Part shown: one piece after another, positions 19,957 through 28,352 of the stretch | How positions within the stretch are numbered: position 1 is the first letter of the stretch | Layout of the letters: each line of letters starts with the position of its first letter | Source: a virus | Lineage: Duplodnaviria > Caudoviricetes | Reading direction: 5' to 3' (one strand) | Virus record (IMG/VR): IMGVR_UViG_3300046383_000025 | Location: 1-54,929 of that record | Length of the DNA stretch: 54,929 nt | The notes under the pieces: generated by a model | What the model was told of the DNA's origin: nothing | The model's database searches: none | The model's input: the letters and a program-made list of their open reading frames with translations, nothing else | Translations under genes and position numbers: made by a program

Positions 19957-20312
19957 GCGCCCCCGTTCTGCTGCGGCTCCTCGATCTCGTCGGCACGTCC
20001 CCGAACCTGCGATGCGACCTGCGCACGCGCGACGTGCAAGGCGGGCTGATCTATAGCCACGAGGATGAATGCGCCGACGTCGGCACGCTGGAGCGGGTGT
20101 GGATTCGCGACAAGCGCGACGCTCGCCGCTCTCAGCGCTGGCTCTGCTGGACCTTCCGCCGCGACCTGCCGCGCCGCCAGCGCTCGACGGTGTCGGACTA
20201 CTCCGCGCTGCTGATCGAGGAGAACGGCCGCAACGTAGTGACGGAGCTGTCGCACGATCCCTACCTGCTGGCGCTGGAGGCGCCCGGCTCCTCGTGGGTC
20301 GCGATCCGGTAA
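19953..20312 (+). CDS. Hypothetical protein
   Basis: ATGA-coupled to the DUF6011 gene; ends at the next promoter. Confidence 0.55.
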   Translation: MSAPVLLRLLDLVGTSPNLRCDLRTRDVQGGLIYSHEDECADVGTLERVWIRDKRDARRSQRWLCWTFRRDLPRRQRSTVSDYSALLIEENGRNVVTELSHDPYLLALEAPGSSWVAIR

Positions 20313-20356
20313 ATGCGACCTGGATCACAGTACGCCCGGGCCCGCCCGGGCATACT
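20311..20356 (+). promoter_or_regulatory. CRP-family box plus -10 (class II promoter P2)
   Basis: AAATGCGA-CCTGGA-TCACA centred 20321.5; CATACT at 20351 (site at -41.5). Confidence 0.8.
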
Positions 20357-20414
20357 CTCTCCCATGCCCGGCGCACGCCGCGGCGACACCAGGAACCACG
20401 GAGGACCTAGGACC

Positions 20415-20729
20415 ATGCAGAACCCCATCGAGAAAGGCACGCTCGTTCGGATCACGACGGCGAACGGCGGCGACACTGTCGCCTACCTCGTCGAGACGTA
20501 CCGCCCGACCTACGGCGTGCACCTGGAGCGCAACGGCCGCCCGTTCTACGTCGAGGCCTCGCGCCTGCGCTCGATCGCGATCGCGATCGACGACGACGAC
20601 GTCATGCGCACCTGCGAGGCGCTGCGCGCGTGCGGCATGTCGCCGCTCGACCGCGAGCTCTGGGCCGAGGAACACGGCCGCCACTACTCCGCGGGCGCTA
20701 AGCGCCGGCTATTCGGGGCGCGGTCATGA
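20415..20729 (+). CDS. Hypothetical protein
   Basis: Start MQNPIE after GGAGG in the repeated leader. Confidence 0.65.
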   Translation: MQNPIEKGTLVRITTANGGDTVAYLVETYRPTYGVHLERNGRPFYVEASRLRSIAIAIDDDDVMRTCEALRACGMSPLDRELWAEEHGRHYSAGAKRRLFGARS

Positions 20730-20930
20730 GCCGCGCGATCGCCGACACCTTCGCGGGCGAGCTTTGGAGGCGGTGACCCGCTGGATCCACCGCGCGGCCG
20801 TCGTCGTGCTGGCCGCGTGGGTGATCCTCGTCGCCTATCAGGTCGGCCGCGCGGTCGGCCGCGAGGAAGGCGCCCGCGAGGCCGACCGGGTCTGCTACTG
20901 CGGCCGCCGGTGATTAAGTGAAATTGCCGG

Positions 20931-20976
20931 AAATGCGAACTGGATCACGCCCGCGCGCGCGGGCCCGGCGCATACT
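20931..20976 (+). promoter_or_regulatory. CRP-family box plus -10 (class II promoter P3)
   Basis: AAATGCGA-ACTGGA-TCACG centred 20941.5; CATACT at 20971 (site at -41.5). Confidence 0.8.
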
Positions 20977-21032
20977 CTCTCCCATGCCCGGGCGATACCG
21001 CCCGCGGCGATACCAGCCGAGGAGGCTAGGAA

Positions 21033-21611
21033 ATGAGCGACATGACCCCCGGACAGAAGGCCGCCGCGACCCGCAAGGCTCGCCGCGCCGCCCAAGCCAG
21101 CCAGCCCCAGCTCGCCGCGCCGATCGCGTCGAAGCTTACCGGGCTCTGCATCCGAATCGGCGACACCTTCCGCGACGCCACGCGCGACGAGGTCATGGAT
21201 GCCGCCGCGCAATACCTGCTGCCCGAAGCCCGCGGCCGGATGCTCGCGACGCCGTCGGACTCGATCGACTTTTTCCGCGCGCTCTGCGCGGGCCGCCAGC
21301 ACGAGACCTTCGCGATCGCGTTCCTCGACACGCGGCACCGTGTCATCACGGTCGAGGCGCTGTTCAAAGGAACGATCGACGGCGCGACGGTCTATCCGCG
21401 CGAGGTCGTGCGCCGCGCGCTGGAAGTCGGCGCGAGCGCGGTGATCCTCGCGCATAACCATCCGTCGGGCATCGCCGAACCGTCGGAGGCGGATCGCTCG
21501 ATCACGCTCAAGCTCGCGAAGGCGCTCTCGCTCGTCGAGATCCGCATGCTCGATCACGTCATCGTCACGAATGCCTCGCACGTCTCGATGGGCGAGCGCG
21601 GCCTGATCTAA
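21033..21611 (+). CDS. radC: RadC-like JAB-domain protein
   Basis: E.F...FLD...GTIDGATVYPREVV..AL...A.AVILAHNHPSG..EPS.AD...LDHVIV. Confidence 0.95.
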   Translation: MSDMTPGQKAAATRKARRAAQASQPQLAAPIASKLTGLCIRIGDTFRDATRDEVMDAAAQYLLPEARGRMLATPSDSIDFFRALCAGRQHETFAIAFLDTRHRVITVEALFKGTIDGATVYPREVVRRALEVGASAVILAHNHPSGIAEPSEADRSITLKLAKALSLVEIRMLDHVIVTNASHVSMGERGLI

Positions 21612-21639
21612 CACCAGCCACACCACGGAGGTCCCTGCC

Positions 21640-22005
21640 ATGTCGATCAAAGTGTTTCACCTGCGCCCGCTGACGGACGACGAGCACAACCTCGTGAACG
21701 CCAAAGGATGGGACGCGTCGCCGGAGCTGCAGCGTCGCAGCGAGATCACGCTGTTCGCGACGGTCGGCCCGATGCGCGACGCCTGGAAGTCGGGCGACTA
21801 CGTGCTCGTCGCCGAGGTCGCGGTGACGAATCTCGAGCGCGCGTACGAGCTGACCAACCACATTGACCGCGACTGGACGACTAACGCCGGCGTCGCCGCG
21901 CACGTCTCGCGCGTTCGCAGCACGAGCATGGGCGACGTGATGCAAACGGCCGACGGCAAGCTGCACGCGGTCGCGCGCTTCGGCTTCGAGGAGCTGCAGC
22001 CGTGA
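21640..22005 (+). CDS. YodL-like hypothetical protein
   Basis: Y..VAEV...LE.AYELTN...RSTSMGDV. Confidence 0.6.
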   Translation: MSIKVFHLRPLTDDEHNLVNAKGWDASPELQRRSEITLFATVGPMRDAWKSGDYVLVAEVAVTNLERAYELTNHIDRDWTTNAGVAAHVSRVRSTSMGDVMQTADGKLHAVARFGFEELQP

Positions 22006-22903
22006 ACCTCAAAGCGATCAAACGGCCGGGCGGCGACTATGCCCTCGGCGAATGGGGCCGGAACTGGACCGCCGACCGCGCCCTCGCCTACCGCTTCCGA
22101 TTCGAGGACGACGCGCGCGAAGCCGCAGCGCTGATGGATCACGGCGGGCTGACCGTCGTTGACATCGACGACGGCGACCGCGTGCTCGCGACGACCGAAA
22201 CGATCGACGCGCTGCGCGAGCGGCTCGCCGACATCCGCCGCAAAACCATAGAGGAGTAGAGATCATGCCCAAGCGACTGCACTTGACCCAAGTCCCGATC
22301 CCGCTCGACGAGATGCCAGAACTCCGCGGCCCGGAGGCGCGCGAGAAGATCGAAGCCATGCGCAACGATTGGCCGCAGCGTTACGAGGTTCGCAAGGTCG
22401 TCGGCTCGACCGCACCGAAGATCCACTCGCATCTGAGCGAGGAGCAGGTCGCGAAGTATTGCGCCGACGAATCCTGGCAAGTGGAGATCACATGAAAACG
22501 AACGAGAACAAGGCCCGATGGCGTCGCTTCCAAGAGCTGTGGCCGCGGCAGTCGCGCGCGGAGCGGACGGCCTATCTCGACGCCAGGAGCAGCAGCGATC
22601 GCGCCGCTGTCGTCGATCGCTGGATACGGAGCGCGCGCCAATGCCGCTAACCAGCGAGCTCACCGTCGAGGGCGTGCTGCTGCACAAGCACGCCGGCGGC
22701 GACGGCTATCACTACTACCGCGGCACGATGCACGCGACGGCCGTGACCTTCCGCCCGACTCTCGGCGCGAATGGCAAGCCGCTTGGCTGGCGCTGCTACG
22801 ACGGCGCGCCGGCCTGCATCGCGACTGGCGAGACGCTCACGCTCGCCGTGCAGCGCGCCGACTACAGCCTAGGCCTGCGGGCCGAATCGAGGAGACCGAA
22901 GCC

Positions 22904-23131
22904 ATGACGACACCTAACCCGTTCACGCTGCCGACGACGCCGCATGCGCCGCAGTTTCACACGGACGACGTCGAGTACTTCCGCAAGCTATGCGAGGCCA
23001 CGGGACTTTCGTCGCGCGCGATCGCCCGACGGATCGGCGTCGATGCCGGACAATTTCGCGGCTATCTCTCCGGCGCCCGCACCTGGCCGTATGTCGTGCA
23101 GTTCGCCGTCGAGCGCCTCGCCGATCGCTAA
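22904..23131 (+). CDS. Small HTH regulator, last gene of the P3 operon
   Basis: EYFRKL....GLS.RAIARRIGV....FR.YL.G...PY.VQFAVE.L. Confidence 0.7.
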   Translation: MTTPNPFTLPTTPHAPQFHTDDVEYFRKLCEATGLSSRAIARRIGVDAGQFRGYLSGARTWPYVVQFAVERLADR

Positions 23132-23553
23132 CAGGTCGGGTTGGTCGGCTCCGTGAGGCAGAGCAGCGCGTGCTGCGACGTGGCGATCCGATCCTCCAGC
23201 TCACGCTTGAGGCGCTTGCTGACGTCGTTCTCGCCGTTCTGCGACTCCCAGAGCTTGGTCTGCGACAGCTCGCCCTGCAGCCTCGACAGCTCTTGCTGCG
23301 CGAGGAACACACGGACTTCGACGGTCGCCTGCGTCGCCGCATCGCTCGCCGCGCTCGCCTTGTCGCCGGCGATCTTTGCCGCCTCGACCGCGCCCTTGAC
23401 CTCGGAGCGCAGCTCCTGCGCCTGCGCCGTCGTGATCAGATGCTTGGGCAGATGGTCCGACGCGAGCCATGTATGGAAGCCCCACAGCCCGATGACGATT
23501 GCGACCGTTGACCCTCCCCACTTCAGAATGCGATCCGTTGTGACGACGGCCAT
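23128..23553 (-). CDS. Membrane-anchored coiled-coil protein (i-spanin-like)
   Basis: N-terminal TM (GGSTVAIVIGLWGF), long heptad helix, two C-terminal Cys; end of the lysis cassette. Confidence 0.5.
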   Translation of the reverse strand: MAVVTTDRILKWGGSTVAIVIGLWGFHTWLASDHLPKHLITTAQAQELRSEVKGAVEAAKIAGDKASAASDAATQATVEVRVFLAQQELSRLQGELSQTKLWESQNGENDVSKRLKRELEDRIATSQHALLCLTEPTNPTC

Positions 23554-23780
23554 TAGCCGATCGCCGCCTGGATCGCTTTGCGCGAGGCCTTGATGGTTGC
23601 GACCGACGGCGCGCCGAGCGCCTGCCACTCCTCGGCGAATTTCTGCATCGTCGCGTCGACGTCGCGGCCGGCTTGAACGGCGGTCAGCGCGTTGTTGATG
23701 ATCGCGGCTTGGTCGTGCTTGCCCTGTTCCTTCGCCGCGCCGGCGAGGATCTGCAAAAGAATCGTTGCCCATGTCGGCAT
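23553..23780 (-). CDS. Small hypothetical protein
   Basis: Coupled to both neighbours. Confidence 0.55.
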   Translation of the reverse strand: MPTWATILLQILAGAAKEQGKHDQAAIINNALTAVQAGRDVDATMQKFAEEWQALGAPSVATIKASRKAIQAAIG

Positions 23781-23785
23781 GGCGG

Positions 23786-24199
23786 TTACCTCGCGTTGAT
23801 GACGTTGACGAGAGCGGTGACGAGCGGCACGAACGCCTGCGCTGCGGCGGCGACGTCGGCCGCGGTCTGCGCATTCGTCGCCGCCTCGTATGCTTCGATT
23901 GCCGCGTCGGTTTTATACGCGGGCCCTTCGTCGCAGTCGGCAGTCGCCGTGCGCGCGGCGAGCTCGCTGCTCGAGCACACGGTCACGCGATACGCTTCGC
24001 GCAGTCGCGCCTTAGTCGCATCGCTGACCGCCGGATCGGCGACCAGCTTCGCGACCTCGCCGCCGATCGCGTTGTGATGAAGCAGCACGGCCTTCGCGAA
24101 CTCGACGGGCGTCGAGGCCTGCGAGTAGAGCTGGCGTGTGCCGGAGCAAGCCGCGATCGCGACGATCGCGACCGCCAGCACGAGGAGACGTTTGACCAT
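23786..24199 (-). CDS. Lipoprotein (possible o-spanin or exclusion lipoprotein)
   Basis: MVKRLLVLAVAIVAIAA-C lipobox. Confidence 0.7.
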   Translation of the reverse strand: MVKRLLVLAVAIVAIAACSGTRQLYSQASTPVEFAKAVLLHHNAIGGEVAKLVADPAVSDATKARLREAYRVTVCSSSELAARTATADCDEGPAYKTDAAIEAYEAATNAQTAADVAAAAQAFVPLVTALVNVINAR

Positions 24200-24397
24200 G
24201 TTACGGGCCTCTCTTTGCTTGGGTTTTACGGGGAACGCACGCGCCTTATAGCATGGCATCCGCGCGGCGCCTACGGCCGGCGCCGGCGGCCTATGCCCTC
24301 CTCCCCGCCCGCAACGGCGCCGCCGGCCTCCGTTCCCAAGGCCCTCCCCGGGATCTCGCCCCCTAGGCCGTTTTAAGCGGTCCCGGCTTTCGGCCGG

Positions 24398-24443
24398 AAA
24401 TGCGAACTGGATCACGGCGCCCGCCCGGGCCCGCGCCCACAAT
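24398..24443 (+). promoter_or_regulatory. CRP-family box plus -10 (class II promoter P4) driving an inverted moron operon
   Basis: AAATGCGA-ACTGGA-TCACG centred 24408.5; CACAAT at 24438 (site at -41.5); predicted +1 at about ATG 24451. Confidence 0.75.
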
Positions 24444-24450
24444 ATCCCCC

Positions 24451-24666
24451 ATGAGCTACCTGCTGACATTCGTCCCCAAGACCGCCGCCTACCGCGCCCA
24501 CGCGGCCGGCTGCTCGGCGGCGATCTCGACCAAACGCCAGGTGCGTCTCGATCAGACGTTCGAATCGGTCGCCGCCGCCCGCGAGTGGGCCCACGCCGAC
24601 GAGAGCGCCAAGGCGGGCCAGCCAGCCCGCGCGAATTTCAAGGCCTGCGCGTGTACCCATGCGTGA
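24451..24666 (+). CDS. Small His/Cys protein, probably leaderless
   Basis: MSYLLTF...AH..GC...KAC.C; no SD, ATG lies at the predicted transcription start. Confidence 0.6.
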   Translation: MSYLLTFVPKTAAYRAHAAGCSAAISTKRQVRLDQTFESVAAAREWAHADESAKAGQPARANFKACACTHA

Positions 24667-24823
24667 GCCCTCCCTCATCGACCGGATCGTCGAGCAGAAC
24701 GATGCCCTTTGGGCCTTCCTGAAGTCCGACGGCTTGTCGCGCGAGGAGCGGCTCGAGCTGCTCAAGCGCGCCTTCCCCGGCGCGAAGTCGCTGCAAGAAT
24801 CCGACGGCGAGGTCCCGCCGTGA
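24659..24823 (+). CDS. 54-aa hypothetical protein (not in the supplied ORF track)
   Basis: MREPSLIDRIVEQNDALWAFLKSDGLSREERLELLKRAFPGAKSLQESDGEVPP; its TGA overlaps the GTG start of the GGDEF gene. Confidence 0.6.
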   Translation: MREPSLIDRIVEQNDALWAFLKSDGLSREERLELLKRAFPGAKSLQESDGEVPP

Positions 24824-25350
24824 ACCTCGACCGCCTGCGCGAGACCGCCCGCCAGCTCTCCGACGAGCAGCTCGTCGAGGCGCTCTACCGCGACCAGGTC
24901 ACGGGCCTGCTGAATCGCCGCGCCTTCGGCCAGAGCCGCTCGCAGATGCTCGCCGTTCTCGACCTCGACTCGCTCAAGTGGGTGAACGATAACCACGGGC
25001 ACGGCGCGGGCGACGCGCTGCTGCAGGCGCTCGCGCGCGAGATTGTCGCCGCGTTCGGCGCGCATCGCTGCTACCGCCTCGGCGGCGACGAGTTTGCAGT
25101 GCGGGCCGACTCGGCCCTCGATCTCTTGCGCGTGCTGCGCGCGGTCCGGCTACGCTTCCCCGGCTTCTCGTTCGGCATCGGCCGCGATCTCCCCGCGGCC
25201 GACGAGGCCCTGCGCTTCGAGAAGGCCCAGCGGGAGCGAGTCGGACTGCGCGCCGCTCGCGGCCAGCGGCCGACGATGCTATGCGCTGCCGTCTCGCTGC
25301 AGCTCGTCGACGAGCGCTCGCACGATCCCCGCGATCATTCCTTGTCCTGA
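24820..25350 (+). CDS. Stand-alone GGDEF diguanylate cyclase
   Basis: DQVTGLLNRRAF...LDLDSLKWVNDNHGHGAGDALL...YRLGGDEF...SFG...ADEAL..EK. Confidence 0.92.
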   Translation: MNLDRLRETARQLSDEQLVEALYRDQVTGLLNRRAFGQSRSQMLAVLDLDSLKWVNDNHGHGAGDALLQALAREIVAAFGAHRCYRLGGDEFAVRADSALDLLRVLRAVRLRFPGFSFGIGRDLPAADEALRFEKAQRERVGLRAARGQRPTMLCAAVSLQLVDERSHDPRDHSLS

Positions 25351-25946
25351 CCGCAGACCTCGACGGCGCGATTGAAGCGCGCCTCGGCGGCGTCGCGCTG
25401 ACTCTCGACCGCCGAGCAATCGGCCTTCGCCGGCTCGACGACCGGCGGCGCGCCGAACCCCATGCAGACCTCGACGGTGCCGAACACGTTCAGCGCCTCG
25501 GCCTGACTGCACCACATGAAGCGCGCGTGATCGAGCAAGCCCATCCCCACGGCCATGCGAATCAGCTCGCGCTGCACGCATCCCGGGATCTCTTGCGTCT
25601 TGCCGAACGACACGCCGGCGCCGGGCGAGCTGCCGCCGAGAGACCAGCCGCGCAAGCACGGCGCCGTCGGCGTGATCTCCGGGGCGATCGCCGCGGGCGC
25701 GCTCGCCTCGTAGTTGAACGCGAGCGCCTGCTCGAGCGTGGCGCCGCTCGTCGCGGTCGGATTCGCCGAGGCCTTCGCGTCGCTCGTCGAGGAGCTCTCC
25801 GACTTGCTCGCGGCGATCGACGCCGACACCGCGGCCGCATGTGCCGCGGCATCTGCGCGCGCCTCCGGATCTTCGGCCGGCGGCTTGTTCGTGGCGAGCG
25901 CCGGCGCCGCGATCGCGACCGCGGCGAGGAGGAGGAGCGCGCGCAT
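25335..25946 (-). CDS. Secreted Ser/Ala-rich, Cys-containing protein in the lysis cassette
   Basis: MRALLLLAAVAIAAPALA signal; 6 Cys. Confidence 0.65.
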   Translation of the reverse strand: MRALLLLAAVAIAAPALATNKPPAEDPEARADAAAHAAAVSASIAASKSESSSTSDAKASANPTATSGATLEQALAFNYEASAPAAIAPEITPTAPCLRGWSLGGSSPGAGVSFGKTQEIPGCVQRELIRMAVGMGLLDHARFMWCSQAEALNVFGTVEVCMGFGAPPVVEPAKADCSAVESQRDAAEARFNRAVEVCGQDKE

Positions 25947-26329
25947 TAGCCGCCCTTCGACGGCGGTTGCTCGTGCGAGCGTGACCAGCCGGCCAGGCTG
26001 TTCGCCGTGTAGCCGCCCAAGATGACCGCGGCGAAGTTGAGTTGGTCCGACATCAGCAACACGAGGAAGCCGGCGCCGTTGCCGCCGAGCATGAGCAGCG
26101 TCTCGGCCCACGAGAACGTGTACGGCGTCCCGGCTTTGTTGGCATCGACGGCGTTCTCGAGAATCGAGCCGGCGGATCCCAGCAACATCAGAACGAACAG
26201 CGCGACGGGCGTCTCGAGAATGCCCTTGATGTCGTCGGCCGTCGGGCCCTGCGCGAGCACGGCGAACGCGAGGAGGAACACGGCGATCGCGAGCACGAAC
26301 TGCAGACCGTAGCGAAGCTTGAGCGTCAT
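25946..26329 (-). CDS. Holin-like multi-pass membrane protein
   Basis: 3-4 hydrophobic segments directly downstream of the endolysin. Confidence 0.6.
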   Translation of the reverse strand: MTLKLRYGLQFVLAIAVFLLAFAVLAQGPTADDIKGILETPVALFVLMLLGSAGSILENAVDANKAGTPYTFSWAETLLMLGGNGAGFLVLLMSDQLNFAAVILGGYTANSLAGWSRSHEQPPSKGG

Positions 26330-26377
26330 GGTAGGTCCTCGTTGGTTTGCGTCACACGCGGTTGCGACGAGCGGACT

Positions 26378-26962
26378 CTACCCGGGCGTTCGATCCCCCG
26401 CCAGCCGGCGCGCCGCGGCCTCGAGAAAGCCCGCCACGCGGTTATTCCAGCCGGCGGCATTCACCGCCTGCAGCGCGACGAAGCCGGCCTCGCGCGCGCG
26501 GGCGAGCTCGCGATCGCTCGACACGAGCCGGCCGCACTTGCGCGCACGCTGCGCGGCCATCCAGAGAAAGAGGCCGAGCGGATCCGCCGCGTTGACCGCC
26601 GCCAGCGTGAGCGGTCCGATCTTGCCGTCGGCCTTCACGCCGACGCCTTGCTGCAGCCACATCGCCGATTGCGGCACACCATGCAGCACGCCCGCGTCGA
26701 TCACGATCTCGCGCAGCGCGTCGTCGAGGATCTCGGCGAAGCGCGGGCCCTCGATGTGGCGGAAGTGATAGAAGTCGCGCGCTTGCTCCTCCGTGATCGC
26801 GGCGACGTCGGCCGCGGTGGCCGCGGGATTCTTCGAGTACTCGCGCCAGCTCGCGAGCGTGATGCCGCCCTTGGTCGGGCCGCCGCGATCGGCGGGATGA
26901 TCGGTGAACGCGGGCCAGCCCTCGCGCGCGAGGATCTCGCCGATGATCTCTTGCTCGGTCAT
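26378..26962 (-). CDS. Endolysin, glycoside hydrolase family 108
   Basis: IL.REG...F.DHP.DRGG.T..GIT...D.GV.HG...LQ..VGV.ADG.IGP.TL.A...GW.NRV. Confidence 0.92.
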   Translation of the reverse strand: MTEQEIIGEILAREGWPAFTDHPADRGGPTKGGITLASWREYSKNPAATAADVAAITEEQARDFYHFRHIEGPRFAEILDDALREIVIDAGVLHGVPQSAMWLQQGVGVKADGKIGPLTLAAVNAADPLGLFLWMAAQRARKCGRLVSSDRELARAREAGFVALQAVNAAGWNNRVAGFLEAAARRLAGDRTPG

Positions 26963-27606
26963 AGGATGTCGTAGAGCCCCGCGTTAAAGCCCGCTGGCGG
27001 TGTGTGTGCAAACGCGCTCGCGCCGAAGTTCGCCGTGACCGCGCGCGCAGCGAACATCGAGGTCGCAGCGTATTGCGTGCCGTTGACGCCGGTGAATGCC
27101 GGCGCCGTGTCGGTCGCTGGATTCGGCGATCCGGCGCCTAGCCACGTGCCGTTCTTGCCGAACCAAATCTTGTTGTTGTCCATGTTGAGCGCGAACATGA
27201 TGACGTCGCCGGCGACCCACAAGCCCGCGCCGGTCCCCGTAAAAGTGGCGCTGCGATACTTGAGCACGTCGACGAACGACGTCGCGGCCTGAAAGCCGGT
27301 GCTCTGCGAGCTGCTGCCGACGAAGTTAGACGCGCTGAGCGCGGAGTCGCCGGCGCCCATGATGATCTCGTTGGCGACGCCGGTGAATGTGTACTCCCAA
27401 TACCACTTGCCGGACGACTTGCCCTTGGTCGCGCGAACCGATTGCCATGCAGATCCAGCGGCGCGCGTCGCGGTGAGGTTGCCGTTAGACAGCGAGATAT
27501 TCGCGCCCGCGGTCGCCGCGTCCCAGATCGCATAGTCGAATACCGGGCCGCCGCCGCCTCCCGCGCGCGGCGCGCGCGCAGCGCCCGCGCGTACGAGCGG
27601 CGTCAC
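26959..27606 (-). CDS. SPRY/concanavalin-A-like domain protein (receptor-binding candidate)
   Basis: ISLSNGNLTA...SVRAT..KSSGKWYWE...GDVIMFAL.MD..KIWFGKNGTW...ANFG..F...PP.GF. Confidence 0.85.
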   Translation of the reverse strand: MTPLVRAGAARAPRAGGGGGPVFDYAIWDAATAGANISLSNGNLTATRAAGSAWQSVRATKGKSSGKWYWEYTFTGVANEIIMGAGDSALSASNFVGSSSQSTGFQAATSFVDVLKYRSATFTGTGAGLWVAGDVIMFALNMDNNKIWFGKNGTWLGAGSPNPATDTAPAFTGVNGTQYAATSMFAARAVTANFGASAFAHTPPAGFNAGLYDIL

Positions 27607-28352
27607 GAGCTGCTCGCCACGGTCTCGCCGAGCAGCTTGTAAAGCCCGGGCGAGCGGCGCTTCAGCATCGCGAAGTCGTCTTGCTCCAACTCGAGCGAGC
27701 CGCCTCGCGGCGGCACGACATCGCAGCTCGACTCGACGTCGATCGTGATCCCGCCGGATCCGGTCGCCATGATTCCCCATTCGCCGTCGTCGTCGGTGCT
27801 CGCGTCGTCGATCGTGATCGTCACCGGAGAATTGCTCGTGAACTCGTGCCAGGCGCCGACGGTGAGGTCGCCGACGTCGTAGGCCGTGCCGGCCAGCGTC
27901 ACGACGGGCGCGACCCCACTACTGCTACCGCCGCTCGAGATCGCGACGATGTCGGTCCCGTCATGCTGCACGAAGGCGCTGTCGCCCGCGGCCACCGTGA
28001 CTCCCGTCTGACCGCTGCGCTTGATCGTCAGCGCGACGCCGGTGTCATTGACGAACAGGAAGCGCAGCCTGGACGGCCCGCCGTAGAGCGCGTCGACGTT
28101 GGGATACGTCACCGTTTTCGAGCCGCTCAAGATGCCGGAGCCGTCGGTCATGCGGATGACGCCGAACGCCCACTCGTCGTCCGGATCCGGCGGATCGGTC
28201 GCCTGCAGCGTGTAGTTGGCGTTCGAGGGAAAGTCGATCTCGATCTCGCCGCCGAACGCCGCGGTGATGGCGCGATCACTGCCGTTGACGATGACCTCCG
28301 GCTGGCTCTGCGCTGCAGCGAGCTCGTCGGTGCCTAGTTGCGGATTGCTCAT
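27603..28352 (-). CDS. Tail fibre protein (DUF2793-like N terminus)
   Basis: MSNPQLG..ELAAAQSQPEV.VN directly after the megatron gene. Confidence 0.65.
   Translation of the reverse strand: MSNPQLGTDELAAAQSQPEVIVNGSDRAITAAFGGEIEIDFPSNANYTLQATDPPDPDDEWAFGVIRMTDGSGILSGSKTVTYPNVDALYGGPSRLRFLFVNDTGVALTIKRSGQTGVTVAAGDSAFVQHDGTDIVAISSGGSSSGVAPVVTLAGTAYDVGDLTVGAWHEFTSNSPVTITIDDASTDDDGEWGIMATGSGGITIDVESSCDVVPPRGGSLELEQDDFAMLKRRSPGLYKLLGETVASSS

Noticed and set aside
24245-24255. Extended -10 (TGCTATAAG) promoter for the lipoprotein operon
   Set aside because: Lacks the conserved final T and a convincing -35; too weak to call
18479-24416. Repeated boxes as FNR sites, att sites or iterons
   Set aside because: They do not match TTGAT-N4-ATCAA, are dispersed rather than tandem, and keep fixed spacing to -10 elements
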